Origin: Luteirhabdus salina
Lineage (GTDB): Bacteria; Bacteroidota; Bacteroidia; Flavobacteriales; Flavobacteriaceae
Assembly: GCA_025384855.1 (NCBI GenBank)
Contig: JALAHT010000001.1
Span: 561,064 to 625,063 of the forward strand
Length of the DNA stretch: 64,000 nt
Direction of reading: 5' to 3'
Of the stretch, positions 37,700 to 48,271 are shown one piece after another (within the stretch, counting starts at the first letter, position 1; each line of letters begins with the position of its first letter). Below the pieces are notes generated by a model, which saw nothing but the letters and a program-made list of their open reading frames with translations, did no database searches and was not told the DNA's origin. Position numbers and translations under genes: made by a program.

Positions 37700-38119
37700 A
37701 TGAATCAATATATTCACAAATCAATGGCGGTTTTTATGGCAGCTGTAGTCTTTATGACTACGATGTCATTTACTATTGATATGCATTACTGTGGAGATTC
37801 TTTGGTAGATTTTTCATTCGTTCAGAAAGCGAAAACTTGCGGGATGGAAAAAGCTCAGGCTACTACAAGTTGTGAGAACCCAACCCTTTCAGAAAAAACG
37901 TGTTGTACGGATAAGCAAGTCGTTAAAGAAGGAAAGGATGATTTAAAAGTTTCATTTGACCAACTTACCTTAGAGCAACAAGTCTTTGTTGCCTCATTTA
38001 CATATTCGTATTTAAGTCTTTTTGAAGGAATTGAATCTAACGATGTTCCTTTCATCGATTACCCGCCCCCCTTTGTCAAACGGGATGTGCAAGTGCTGCA
38101 CCAGACTTTTTTAATTTGA
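37700..38119 (+). CDS. Hypothetical secreted Cys-containing protein
   Basis: Signal-peptide-like N-terminus and several Cys (CGDS, CGMEK, CEN, CC). Confidence 0.45.
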   Translation: MNQYIHKSMAVFMAAVVFMTTMSFTIDMHYCGDSLVDFSFVQKAKTCGMEKAQATTSCENPTLSEKTCCTDKQVVKEGKDDLKVSFDQLTLEQQVFVASFTYSYLSLFEGIESNDVPFIDYPPPFVKRDVQVLHQTFLI

Positions 38120-38227
38120 TTTATTAGACTTTTGAAACAAAGCCCAACAGTTACGCTGTAGTGGGCTAAAGCTCGTGTACAGTATTTTCTACTTTGCACA
38201 ATTTCAACTATCTAATAATCATATCGT

Positions 38228-41200
38228 ATGCTAAATAAAAGCATAAAATTTCTCATAGAAAACAAACTTGTTGCCGTTATACTACTCGCCCTATTCGTAG
38301 GTTGGGGAGTCGTTAATGCACCCTTCAATTGGGAAACAGGTATTTTACCAACTGATCCTGTAGCGGTTGATGCCATTCCAGACATCGGCGAAAATCAGCA
38401 AATTGTTTTTACCAAATGGCAAGGGCGTTCACCGCAGGATATCGAAGACCAGATTACCTATCCGCTCACAACTTCATTGTTGGGAATTCCTGGTGTCAAG
38501 ACCATCCGAAGCTCTTCAATGTTCGGTTTTTCCAGTATCTATATCATTTTTGAAGAAGATGTAGAATTCTATTGGTCACGCAGCCGCATCCTTGAAAAGC
38601 TCAATTCGCTTCCCGCAAACTTATTGCCCGATGGTGTAAACCCTGCATTGGGTCCAGATGCTACAGGCTTGGGACAAATTTTTTGGTACACGCTGGAAGG
38701 TCGAGATAAAGAGGGCAACGTAACTGGCGGTTGGGATTTACAAGAATTGCGTAGCATACAGGATTACTATGTAAAATACGGATTGTCTTCGGCAAGTGGT
38801 GTTTCAGAAGTAGCCTCAATTGGTGGGTATGTTCAAGAATACCAAGTGGATGTTGACCCTGAAAAAATGCGTCAGTACAACATCGGCTTGACCGATATTG
38901 TAAAGGCGGTAAAGGAAAGTAATCAAGACATTGGTGCGCAGACTTTGGAAATCAATCAAGCTGAATATTTGGTTCGTGGTTTAGGGTATGTGAAATCTGT
39001 TGCAGATATTGAAAATGCGGTAGTCGCTTCTGAAAATTTTACTTCTATCAGAATCAAGGACATCGCCAATGTCCATTTGGGACCGCAGACACGTCGTGGT
39101 ATTTTAGATAAAGAAGGTGCCGAAGTGGTAGGCGGTGTCGTGGTAGCCCGCTATGGTGCAAACCCATTGGAAGTCATCAATAATGTAAAAGACCAAATAG
39201 CTGAATTATCATCCGGACTACCTACAAAAACCTTGGCAGATGGTCGTACATCACAAGTGACTATCGTTCCCTTTTATGACCGAACGCAACTTATTCAGGA
39301 AACACTTCACACGCTCAATGAAGCCCTTACACTTGAAATCCTGATTACCATTTTGGTCATCATCGTAATGGTGTTCAATCTGCGTGCATCCATTCTAATT
39401 TCTGGCCTGTTGCCTGTTGCCGTTTTAATGGTTTTTATAACAATGAAGCTCTTTAATGTAGATGCCAACATTGTTGCCTTGTCAGGAATTGCCATTGCTA
39501 TCGGTACAATGGTGGACGTGGGCGTTATACTTGCCGAAAATATGATTCGGCATCTGGAAGATGAAAAATTACGCTTTCGCGAAAGCGGAATAGAATACAC
39601 TACAAACGAAATCATCTACAACGCTACTGCGGAAGTTTCTGGTGCAATTTTAACCGCTGTGCTCACGACGATTATCAGTTTCCTACCTGTGTTTACGATG
39701 ATAGGTGCCGAAGGGAAACTCTTCAGACCATTGGCTTTTACAAAAACAATGGCACTTGCTGCATCGCTTGTAATCGCGCTGTTTTTAATACCGCCTTTTG
39801 CCGCGTTTCTTTTTAAGAAAAGTAACCTAATGGAGCGCTCAAAGTACATTATTAATGGTGTTCTGATCGTACTTGGTATCACAGCCATTTTTTATGGCTA
39901 TTGGCTTGGTCTCATTTTGATTGCCTACGGTGTTGTTGCGCTTTTGAGCGTAAGGGATAGAATTACAGAAAATCGAGCTAATCTTATTCATATTGTTATT
40001 TCCTGTATGGCGATTGTTTTTCTACTCGCCGAATACTGGCGACCGCTTGGTTTTGACCGAAGTATTCTAATGAATTTGATTTTTGTTGCCATTATCTGTT
40101 TTGGATTACTTGGTGTGTTTACTGTTTTCCGAAAATACTATGACCGCATTTTGCGCTGGGCACTTCAAAATCGATACCTATTTTTAATTATTCCAACCAC
40201 GGTGCTGATTTTAGGTGTGGTCATAATGCGCAACACAGGGAAGGAATTTATGCCGGCACTTAATGAAGGTTCATTCCTGTTAATGCCGACATCCTTACCG
40301 CACGCTGGTGTCGAAGAGAACAAGCGTGTCTTGCAACAGCTGGATATGGCCGTGGCAAGCATCCCTGAAATTGAAACTGTAGTGGGAAAAGCAGGTAGGA
40401 CAGAATCTGCCCTCGACCCTGCACCACTCTCAATGTATGAAAACGTGATTCAGTACAAGTCTGAATATATGCGAAATGAGAATGGCGAAAGACAACGCTA
40501 CCGTGTAAACGATGATGGTCTATTTGTTCTGAAAAATGACAAGTTCATTATAAACCCAAATAATGAAATCGATGATGATGCTAACTATGAAGCGTCACAA
40601 CTCAAAACAAGTGCAACACGCAATGATTTGATTGAAGATAACGATGGGGAATATTATCGAAACTGGCGACCGGAAATAAGCAGTCCTGATGACATTTGGA
40701 ATGAAATTGTAAAAGTAACCAAGTTTCCAGGCGTGACTTCTGCGCCCAAGTTGCAGCCCATAGAGACACGACTCGTTATGCTACAAACAGGTATGCGAGC
40801 ACCAATGGGAATCAAGGTAAAAGGACCAGATTTAAAAACCATAGAAAACTTTGGACTGCAACTGGAAGATATTTTAAAACAAGCCGAAGGTGTCAAAGAA
40901 CAAGCTGTTTTTGCAGACCGCATCGTGGGTAAACCTTATTTATTGATTGACATTAAACGAGACCAGTTAGCACGCTATGGGATTTCCATAATGGATGTTC
41001 AGGAAGTCCTTCAAGTAGCTGTGGGCGGTATGCCACTTACCCAAACAGTAGAAGGACGTGAGCGCTATGGTGTAAGAGTACGCTATCCACGGGAATTGCG
41101 AGCAAATCCAGAAGATTTAAAAAGTATCTATGTACCTGTATCAACTGGAAGTCCGGTTCCTTTGGGCGAACTGGTAGAAATACGCTACGAGCAAGGCCCA

Positions 41201-41980
41201 CAAGTCATTAAGAGCGAAGATACATTTTTGATAGGGTATGTCCTCTTTGATAAACTCGATGGCTTTGCCGAAGTAGATGTGGTTGAAAATGCCCAAGCGC
41301 TCATTCAACAGAAAATAGATAATGGCGATTTGGTCGTGCCACAAGGAATCAGTTACCGATTTACAGGAACATACGAAAATCAATTACGGGCAGAAAAAAC
41401 GTTATCGGTGGTTGTGCCACTTTGTTTGCTGGTCATTTTCTTGATTTTGTATTTCCAGTTCAAGTCGGTTTCTACGTCGCTTATGGTTTTTACAGCAATC
41501 GCCGTAGCCTTTGCAGGTGGCTTTATAATGATTTGGCTTTATGGGCAGGATTGGTTTTTCAATTTCAGCTTTTTTGGCGAGAACCTACGGGACTTGTTCA
41601 ATATGAAAACCATCAATTTAAGTGTGGCCGTGTGGGTCGGTTTTATTGCCCTTTTCGGTATTGCAACTGATGATGGTGTTGTAATGGCAACCTATTTAGA
41701 CCAATCTTTCAAAAGTAACGAACCAGATAGCAAAAAAGGCATACGTCTCGCCACATTGGAAGCCGCAGGAAAACGAATACGCCCGTGTTTGATGACCACC
41801 GTGACCACAGTTTTGGCATTGTTGCCAGTACTCACATCTACAGGAAAAGGAAGCGACATTATGATACCGATGGCAATCCCCATTTTTGGCGGAATGATAA
41901 TCGACGTCACATCCTATTTTCTCTTACCAGTTTTATATAGCTGGAAAAAAGAATACCAACTTAAAAGAGCAAACAAATGA
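38228..41980 (+). CDS. cusA: CusA/CzcA-family heavy-metal efflux RND transporter
   Basis: 1250 aa with 12-TM RND topology, large periplasmic loops, and the HME-family length and profile (…AIGTMVDVGVILAENM…). Confidence 0.9.
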   Translation: MLNKSIKFLIENKLVAVILLALFVGWGVVNAPFNWETGILPTDPVAVDAIPDIGENQQIVFTKWQGRSPQDIEDQITYPLTTSLLGIPGVKTIRSSSMFGFSSIYIIFEEDVEFYWSRSRILEKLNSLPANLLPDGVNPALGPDATGLGQIFWYTLEGRDKEGNVTGGWDLQELRSIQDYYVKYGLSSASGVSEVASIGGYVQEYQVDVDPEKMRQYNIGLTDIVKAVKESNQDIGAQTLEINQAEYLVRGLGYVKSVADIENAVVASENFTSIRIKDIANVHLGPQTRRGILDKEGAEVVGGVVVARYGANPLEVINNVKDQIAELSSGLPTKTLADGRTSQVTIVPFYDRTQLIQETLHTLNEALTLEILITILVIIVMVFNLRASILISGLLPVAVLMVFITMKLFNVDANIVALSGIAIAIGTMVDVGVILAENMIRHLEDEKLRFRESGIEYTTNEIIYNATAEVSGAILTAVLTTIISFLPVFTMIGAEGKLFRPLAFTKTMALAASLVIALFLIPPFAAFLFKKSNLMERSKYIINGVLIVLGITAIFYGYWLGLILIAYGVVALLSVRDRITENRANLIHIVISCMAIVFLLAEYWRPLGFDRSILMNLIFVAIICFGLLGVFTVFRKYYDRILRWALQNRYLFLIIPTTVLILGVVIMRNTGKEFMPALNEGSFLLMPTSLPHAGVEENKRVLQQLDMAVASIPEIETVVGKAGRTESALDPAPLSMYENVIQYKSEYMRNENGERQRYRVNDDGLFVLKNDKFIINPNNEIDDDANYEASQLKTSATRNDLIEDNDGEYYRNWRPEISSPDDIWNEIVKVTKFPGVTSAPKLQPIETRLVMLQTGMRAPMGIKVKGPDLKTIENFGLQLEDILKQAEGVKEQAVFADRIVGKPYLLIDIKRDQLARYGISIMDVQEVLQVAVGGMPLTQTVEGRERYGVRVRYPRELRANPEDLKSIYVPVSTGSPVPLGELVEIRYEQGPQVIKSEDTFLIGYVLFDKLDGFAEVDVVENAQALIQQKIDNGDLVVPQGISYRFTGTYENQLRAEKTLSVVVPLCLLVIFLILYFQFKSVSTSLMVFTAIAVAFAGGFIMIWLYGQDWFFNFSFFGENLRDLFNMKTINLSVAVWVGFIALFGIATDDGVVMATYLDQSFKSNEPDSKKGIRLATLEAAGKRIRPCLMTTVTTVLALLPVLTSTGKGSDIMIPMAIPIFGGMIIDVTSYFLLPVLYSWKKEYQLKRANK

Positions 41981-43275
41981 AAAATATAAAAATCATAATC
42001 TGTCTTTTGTTTGTTTCCGCTGAAGTTTATGCTGAGCGAAGACGAAGTGCGAAAGCCCGCCTGAACGCACTACTAATTATAAGCATTGGACTGATTTCAA
42101 TCGGCGGGCAGGCGCAACAATTACAGTCCTACATTGAAGAAGCTGAAGCTAATAACCCAGAAATTCAGGCTTTTGAATTGCGCTACAATATTGCCGAAGA
42201 AAAGGTCAATGAAGCAAACTGGCTACCTAATACGGAAGTAAGCGCAGGCTATTTTGTAAGTGAGCCAGAAACAAGGGTGGGCGCACAACGAGCACGGATA
42301 GGCGTAAAACAGATGTTGCCTTGGTTTGGAACCGTTACCGCACGTGAAAATTATGCGACTTCTATGGCCGAAGCTGAATATGTGGAAATCACAATTGCCA
42401 AACGGAAATTGGCGCTTTCAGTAGCGCAATCTTATTACAGATTGTATGAAACAAGAGCAAAGCAAGAGGTACTTGACGAGAACATTCAACTATTAAAAAC
42501 CTATGAGCGACTTGCCCTTACCTCGGTAGAAGTGGGCAAGGCATCTGCGGTAGATGTATTGCGGTTGCAGATTCGTCAAAATGAATTGCAGCAGCAAAAA
42601 GAGGTTTTGGAAGAGGAATTTAGCGCAGAACAAACAACATTTAATAATCTTCTCAATCGGGATGATAATAGCACGGTTGATATAGTTGCAATAATGGAAA
42701 TCCCAGAGGATGACCCTATAAACGGCACGGAAGCTTTATCGCTCAATCCTGAACTGCTCAAGTACGATAAATTATATGAATCCATAGCACAATCAGAATT
42801 GCTCAATCAGCGTGAGAGCCTACCTATGGTTGGCTTTGGCGTGGATTACCTGCCAGTAACTGCACGTAATGATGTAATGTTCAGTGATAACGGAAAAGAT
42901 ATCTTGATGCCAATGGTTTCGGTTTCCATACCCATTTTTAACAATAGGTACAAGTCTATTACAAGGCAAAATGAGCTACGCCAGCAAGAAATCGAAACTC
43001 AAAAGGAGCAACGATTGAATGTTTTGGAATCCGCTTTCGCGAAAGCGTTATCCCAACGCAACCAAGCCCGAATTAAATTCAATACTCAGACTAAGAATTT
43101 AAAGCAGGCTAAAGATGCCGAGCAAATTCTAATCAAGAATTATGAAACGGGAACCATCGATTTTAACGATGTGCTTGATATACAGGAACTGCAATTAAAA
43201 TTTCAAATGAATCAGATAGAATCTGTTCAGATGTATTACGTGCAACAATCCATCATAAATTATTTAATTCAATAG
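41977..43275 (+). CDS. TolC-family outer-membrane efflux protein (CusC/CzcC-like)
   Basis: Signal peptide and two coiled-coil/beta repeats. 4-nt overlap with the RND gene. Confidence 0.7.
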   Translation: MKNIKIIICLLFVSAEVYAERRRSAKARLNALLIISIGLISIGGQAQQLQSYIEEAEANNPEIQAFELRYNIAEEKVNEANWLPNTEVSAGYFVSEPETRVGAQRARIGVKQMLPWFGTVTARENYATSMAEAEYVEITIAKRKLALSVAQSYYRLYETRAKQEVLDENIQLLKTYERLALTSVEVGKASAVDVLRLQIRQNELQQQKEVLEEEFSAEQTTFNNLLNRDDNSTVDIVAIMEIPEDDPINGTEALSLNPELLKYDKLYESIAQSELLNQRESLPMVGFGVDYLPVTARNDVMFSDNGKDILMPMVSVSIPIFNNRYKSITRQNELRQQEIETQKEQRLNVLESAFAKALSQRNQARIKFNTQTKNLKQAKDAEQILIKNYETGTIDFNDVLDIQELQLKFQMNQIESVQMYYVQQSIINYLIQ

Positions 43276-43277
43276 CA

Positions 43278-43841
43278 ATGGTAAAAGATTTTTACATAAA
43301 AAATATGGTGTGCGACCGTTGCATCAAGGTGTTGAAGGATGAACTGAAAGCAAATCACATCAAGTTGCATCAGATTGAATTGGGTCGGTTACAGCTGGAC
43401 ATTGATGCCCTTGATTTGGACAAACTCGAAGCGGTATTGAAAGAAAACGGTTTTTCGCTCATCGATAGTACGGAAGATAAGTTGACCGAACGGGTAAAGG
43501 TTGAACTCATAAAAACGATGCAGGAACTACCGATTCAACTTGATAAAAAACTGTCCGAACATTTGGTGGATGCCTTGGGACACGAGTATTCAAAAATCAG
43601 CAAGGTATTCTCTTTTACGCAAGGTGTTACTATTGAAAAATATTTCATCAAACTAAAAATTGAAAAGGTAAAAGAACTCGTACAGGCTAACGAACACAAT
43701 TTTACTGAAATGGCGCAACTGCTCGATTACAGTCACATCAACCATTTGAGCGGACAGTTTAAAAGCGAGACGGGAATGAGCCTTTCGACCTATAAATCCC
43801 AACAAAAGAATTTTAGGAATTCGTTGGACAAAATTATGTAG
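43278..43841 (+). CDS. AraC-family transcriptional regulator with N-terminal HMA-like metal-binding domain
   Basis: N-terminal MxCxxC (NMVCDRC). C-terminal AraC HTH (…MAQLLDYSHINHLSGQFKSETGMSLSTYKS). Confidence 0.7.
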   Translation: MVKDFYIKNMVCDRCIKVLKDELKANHIKLHQIELGRLQLDIDALDLDKLEAVLKENGFSLIDSTEDKLTERVKVELIKTMQELPIQLDKKLSEHLVDALGHEYSKISKVFSFTQGVTIEKYFIKLKIEKVKELVQANEHNFTEMAQLLDYSHINHLSGQFKSETGMSLSTYKSQQKNFRNSLDKIM

Positions 43842-43923
43842 ATAAGAACCAAAATTATGACACAAGCTGTTGATTTACAGCAGTAATTTCCCTTGGAAAT
43901 TAAATGTTTAATTAAAAACAAAA

Positions 43924-44247
43924 ATGATGAGAAACTCTGAATTAATTAGCGCCCTTGGCAATTGTATCAACCATTGTAACTATTGTGCAGATGCCTGTTT
44001 AGAAGAAGAAAATGTAAAAATGATGGTCAATTGTATTCGTACAGACCGCGTCTGTGCAGAAGTATGCAGCACTTTGGCTCAGGTGTTGGCAACCAAGTTT
44101 GAAGACGTAGATGATTTGGTACGCTACTGTCAAAAAGTTTGTAACGCTTGTGCAGATGAATGTTCACAGCACGACCACAAACACTGTCAAGATTGTGCAG
44201 AAGCCTGTAGAAAATGTGCTGAGGCCTGTGAAAGCTATTTAGCATAA
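43924..44247 (+). CDS. Four-helix-bundle copper-binding protein (Csp/DUF326 family)
   Basis: Repeated CxxxC motifs along predicted helices (CINHCNYCADAC, CAEVCS, CQKVCNACADEC, CQDCAEACRKCAEAC). Confidence 0.8.
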   Translation: MMRNSELISALGNCINHCNYCADACLEEENVKMMVNCIRTDRVCAEVCSTLAQVLATKFEDVDDLVRYCQKVCNACADECSQHDHKHCQDCAEACRKCAEACESYLA

Positions 44248-44294
44248 AACAAAACTGATTTTACAGACCATACATTTAATTTAAAATAGCACTT

Positions 44295-46640
44295 ATGAAT
44301 TCAAAAATCTTAATTCTTTTGATGATTCTTGTATCATCAACTGCCATAGCACAGACCGAGCCTTCCGTAGAAGGCAATGTAGATAACCTGCCCGTAAGGG
44401 AATATACCCTTACTCTACGGGAGGAGCTCGTAAACAAAGCAGACAAGGAAGTTATGGGGATGACCATAAATGGCCAAATCCCCGGGCCAACACTCAATTT
44501 TAATGAGGGCGAATATGCCGTAATTTATGTCAAGAACGAGATGAGCGTGGAATCATCGATACATTGGCACGGCCTTCTGTTGCCAAATTTCTACGATGGC
44601 GTTCCCTATCTATCCACCCCACCTATCGAACCTGGCAAGACTTTAAAATACGAATTTGCTATTAAGCAAAATGGAACCTACTGGTATCATTCCCATACAA
44701 TGCTACAGGAACAAAGTGGTATCTATGGTCCTTTTGTAATACAGCCCAAGGAAAAAACAGATTTAGAATATGATAAAGAGCTCGTGCTACTACTTTCAGA
44801 TTGGACTAACGAAAAGCCAAGGGATGTACAACGATTTTTAAAGCGTGGCACAGAATGGTACAATATCAGAAAAGGGACGGCCACGCCACTTAACCAAGTA
44901 ATTGCGAGAGGTGCTTTGGGTGCGCAGGTCGATTTTTGGAGGCAACGAATGGAAGGAGCCGATATTGCCGATATCTATTACCCAGCATTTCTTATCAATG
45001 GAGAAGAGAAAATTGAATATCCCGAATTTAAACCAGGAGAGAAAGTACGTCTGCGCATTATCGATGGTTCTGCATCAACCTCTTTTTGGATGACCTTTGG
45101 AGGGGAAGACCCATTGATGGTGGCAGCTGATGGAAAGGATGTAGTTCCCGTAAGAAAGAACAAGACTTTTATTGGTGTTGCAGAGACCTATGATTTTATC
45201 GTCACGATACCTGACAACGGAAAACTCGAATACAAGATTATGGCACAGGATGGTTCTGGCACAGCTACTGCCTATTTGGGCCAGGGAGAGGTGATAGCTG
45301 CACCAGATATACCAAGACCAGATAAAATTGCGATGATGCAGCAAATGGCGAAGATGAAAATGAAAATGGGAGCACCAGCATTAAAATTTAGACCAAGAAA
45401 GGATGAGCGCTACGAAATGAAGGAAAAGTGGGGAATGCAAAAGAGCGATATGACAATGGGAGAAATGGAAATGGAACAATCGGCTATGAAGGGAGGAGAC
45501 AAGATGAAGAATATGTCTATGGAAAAGCCAAAGGATTCAATGCAGATGGACCATTCCAAAATGGGAAAAATGGATAAAAAAATGGATGATATGAAAATGG
45601 ACGAACCGGATGGAATGCAGGGAATGAATATGTTTTCAGAATACAACTACGATTATCTTAAATCACCCGAGAAAACCAACTATGACCCCGACGTGCCTGT
45701 AACCGAAATTTTGTTGAACCTTACTGGAAATATGCAACGGTATATCTGGAGCTTGAACGGTGTACCTCTTTCTGAAGCGGACAAGATAAAGATAAAGGGA
45801 GATGAAGTAACCCGAATCACGTTCAATAACTTAACGATGATGCACCACCCGATGCACCTACACGGACATTTTTTTAGGGTCATCAACGAGAATGGGGAAT
45901 ACTCACCCCTAAAACACACGGTAAATGTACCGCCTATGCAGGAAATAACCATCGAGTTTTATGGTAATGAATATGGCGACTGGTTTTTTCACTGTCACAT
46001 ACTTTATCATATGATGGGAGGTATGGCTCGTATTGTGAGTTATGATACACCTCGCGACCCACGATTAGAAGAGTTTCCAGTATCTAAACTTATACACGAA
46101 ACAGACCAATTTTATTCTTGGGGTATGGTAGATGCTGCATCACATATGACCACCTTGAACTTAGTAAGCTCAAACATCCGTAACCAGTTTTCACTGAGGG
46201 GCGAATATGGATGGAACAAGAATATGGAAGTAGAGGTAGCATATGACAGGTATCTATATGATTATTTGACCGTTTTTGGTGGTATAAATATTGAAAATGG
46301 AATGGAGGATAGCCTTGATGAAATAACAACTACAGCGATAGCAGGAATACGATACCTCACCCCTTACCTCTTTACACTTGATGTCCGTACGGACAGTAAG
46401 TTGCGCCCACAGATAAGTTTGAGTCGTGCCATCTCAATTTTTCCAAGAACCATCATATTTGGAATGTATGAATACCAAATGGATTTTGGTTGGGTAGATG
46501 ACCTGCCACAAGGGGTTAATTTTAAAGAAGAGGTTACTTGGAGCGCAGGAGTAGAATATTTACTATCAAAGAATTTTTCACTAATGGGAAGCTACGACAA
46601 CCGTTTTGGTGCAGGTGGTGGGCTTTCTCTAAGATTTTAA
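44295..46640 (+). CDS. Multicopper oxidase (CopA/CueO-like) with Met-rich insert and a C-terminal beta-barrel-like extension of about 190 aa
   Basis: Cu-site motifs HWHG (T2/T3) and HCHILYHMMGGM (T1). Met-rich segment (MMQQMAKMKMKMG…MDHSKMGKMDKKMDDMKMDEPDGMQGMNM). Past the T1 site, alternating-hydrophobic segments ending …GGGLSLRF with C-terminal Phe. Confidence 0.85.
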   Translation: MNSKILILLMILVSSTAIAQTEPSVEGNVDNLPVREYTLTLREELVNKADKEVMGMTINGQIPGPTLNFNEGEYAVIYVKNEMSVESSIHWHGLLLPNFYDGVPYLSTPPIEPGKTLKYEFAIKQNGTYWYHSHTMLQEQSGIYGPFVIQPKEKTDLEYDKELVLLLSDWTNEKPRDVQRFLKRGTEWYNIRKGTATPLNQVIARGALGAQVDFWRQRMEGADIADIYYPAFLINGEEKIEYPEFKPGEKVRLRIIDGSASTSFWMTFGGEDPLMVAADGKDVVPVRKNKTFIGVAETYDFIVTIPDNGKLEYKIMAQDGSGTATAYLGQGEVIAAPDIPRPDKIAMMQQMAKMKMKMGAPALKFRPRKDERYEMKEKWGMQKSDMTMGEMEMEQSAMKGGDKMKNMSMEKPKDSMQMDHSKMGKMDKKMDDMKMDEPDGMQGMNMFSEYNYDYLKSPEKTNYDPDVPVTEILLNLTGNMQRYIWSLNGVPLSEADKIKIKGDEVTRITFNNLTMMHHPMHLHGHFFRVINENGEYSPLKHTVNVPPMQEITIEFYGNEYGDWFFHCHILYHMMGGMARIVSYDTPRDPRLEEFPVSKLIHETDQFYSWGMVDAASHMTTLNLVSSNIRNQFSLRGEYGWNKNMEVEVAYDRYLYDYLTVFGGINIENGMEDSLDEITTTAIAGIRYLTPYLFTLDVRTDSKLRPQISLSRAISIFPRTIIFGMYEYQMDFGWVDDLPQGVNFKEEVTWSAGVEYLLSKNFSLMGSYDNRFGAGGGLSLRF

Positions 46641-47099
46641 AAGTTCCTTGATTAACACCTTAACAATAAGTATTAAGATTAACGAACAATAATAAAATGA
46701 TAGGAAGGGGTACTCATATGATGGGAAAATTGACAAAGGAGCGAAAACAACATATAGAGGGTAATCTTTCTTAAAACGATAATTATAAAAATTAAAGGTA
46801 TGATGATATTTTGGTGGATAATAGGACTTGCCCTTTTGGGATGGTTAATATTTTTTATAGCCGGTAAAAGAAAAAAGTAATAACTCAATAATAGGGATAC
46901 AGGAAGGTTCTGAAGTTTAACAGTATCGGATTTTTAAAACCAATGTATCGACCTAAAACAATAACGCTTTTCGATATTGTTTTTATAAAAAATAATTAAA
47001 CAGTTGATTGTTGAATGTCTATTATAATCTGATGATATTTAGATGGAACCTACAGGTCATTTGTAAAAGTTTAAAGAGTAACAATTTAAAATAAGAATA

Positions 47100-47636
47100 A
47101 TGAAAACACTAATGAAAACAACAATCGCAGCTTTTGCACTTATAGCATTTATTAGCTGCAAGGAAAAACAAACTGTAGAGATTAACACACCTGAAGAGGT
47201 AAAGACCGCAAAAGAAAACACTGCAGATGTGGCAGACCAAGGCTTTATAGACGGGATGACCGGGAAGGTATGGCACAATTACCTTGAAATCAAGATGGCG
47301 CTGGCAAAAAGCGATGAGAGTCAAGCAAAATCCATTAGCAAGGATATGGCAGCATCATTTGGTGAAGAACGAATGGAGATGAAACAGCTCGCACAACAAA
47401 TGGCTGATGCTCAAGATATAGAAGAGGTCAGGGAACTTTTTGCACAGTTCACGGAAAAGGCGGGGCCTATGTTTGAAGATGCCTTATCTGAAGGAACCAT
47501 ATACAAAAAATACTGCCCAATGGCATTTAACAATGAAGGAGCCTATTGGTATGCAGATGTAAAAGAAATTACCAATCCCTATTTCGGAGAGAAAATGCTG
47601 AAGTGCGGGTCGGTCAAAAAAACCATTAATAAATAA
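47100..47636 (+). CDS. DUF3347 domain protein (periplasmic; candidate metal-binding)
   Basis: Lipoprotein signal (FISC). C-terminal conserved block YKKYCPM…YWY…[12 protein letters not shown]. Confidence 0.7.
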   Translation: MKTLMKTTIAAFALIAFISCKEKQTVEINTPEEVKTAKENTADVADQGFIDGMTGKVWHNYLEIKMALAKSDESQAKSISKDMAASFGEERMEMKQLAQQMADAQDIEEVRELFAQFTEKAGPMFEDALSEGTIYKKYCPMAFNNEGAYWYADVKEITNPYFGEKMLKCGSVKKTINK

Positions 47637-47653
47637 CCCTTAAATATATAATT

Positions 47654-48271
47654 ATGAAAATGATGAAACAAAATGTAATGATTGCCGGACTGGCATTAGT
47701 TCTATTTAGTGCTACTGCCTGCAAAGACGGAAACAAAAACGAACCCACAGCGCCTATGAGTAATGAGATGCATCAAGAATCGATGGATGATATGATGGAT
47801 GATAAACCAATGAATGAAGATGATGAAATAGCAATGAACAATGGTCAAGACGCAAAAGCAGAAGCTATTTTGACCGACTATTTTAAACTTAAGGACGCTT
47901 TGGTTAACGATGATAATGCCAAAGCCAAAGAACTTGGGGCAAGCCTCGCAACAACCTTAGGAAAGCTCGATATTTCAGAATACACCGATACGCAGCAATC
48001 AGATTTAAAGGACATCGTTGAGGATGCGGTAGAACACGCAGAGCACATTTCAGAAAGCGATATAACACACCAGCGAGAGCACTTTAAAGTATTGAGCAAG
48101 GATGTAACAGATATGGTTGCTATTACAGGAACAGAAAACACCTTGTACCAACAGTTTTGCCCAATGTATGATGGCGGTAGCGCTTGGTTGAGCACGAGCA
48201 AGGACGTTAAGAATCCGTATTACGGTAGTAAAATGTTAACCTGCGGTAAAGTCCAGAAAGAAATCAACTAA
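47654..48271 (+). CDS. DUF3347 domain protein with Met/Asp-rich N-terminal region
   Basis: Lipobox (TAC). [16 protein letters not shown]-terminal [15 protein letters not shown]…[12 protein letters not shown]. Confidence 0.7.
   Translation: MKMMKQNVMIAGLALVLFSATACKDGNKNEPTAPMSNEMHQESMDDMMDDKPMNEDDEIAMNNGQDAKAEAILTDYFKLKDALVNDDNAKAKELGASLATTLGKLDISEYTDTQQSDLKDIVEDAVEHAEHISESDITHQREHFKVLSKDVTDMVAITGTENTLYQQFCPMYDGGSAWLSTSKDVKNPYYGSKMLTCGKVQKEIN

Noticed and set aside
45300-45650. Met-rich repetitive stretch in the oxidase as a DNA repeat or mobile insert
   Set aside because: It is in frame, gives a coherent MxxM/MxM copper-binding peptide typical of CopA/CueO/PcoA Met-rich regions, and shows no direct-repeat flanks.
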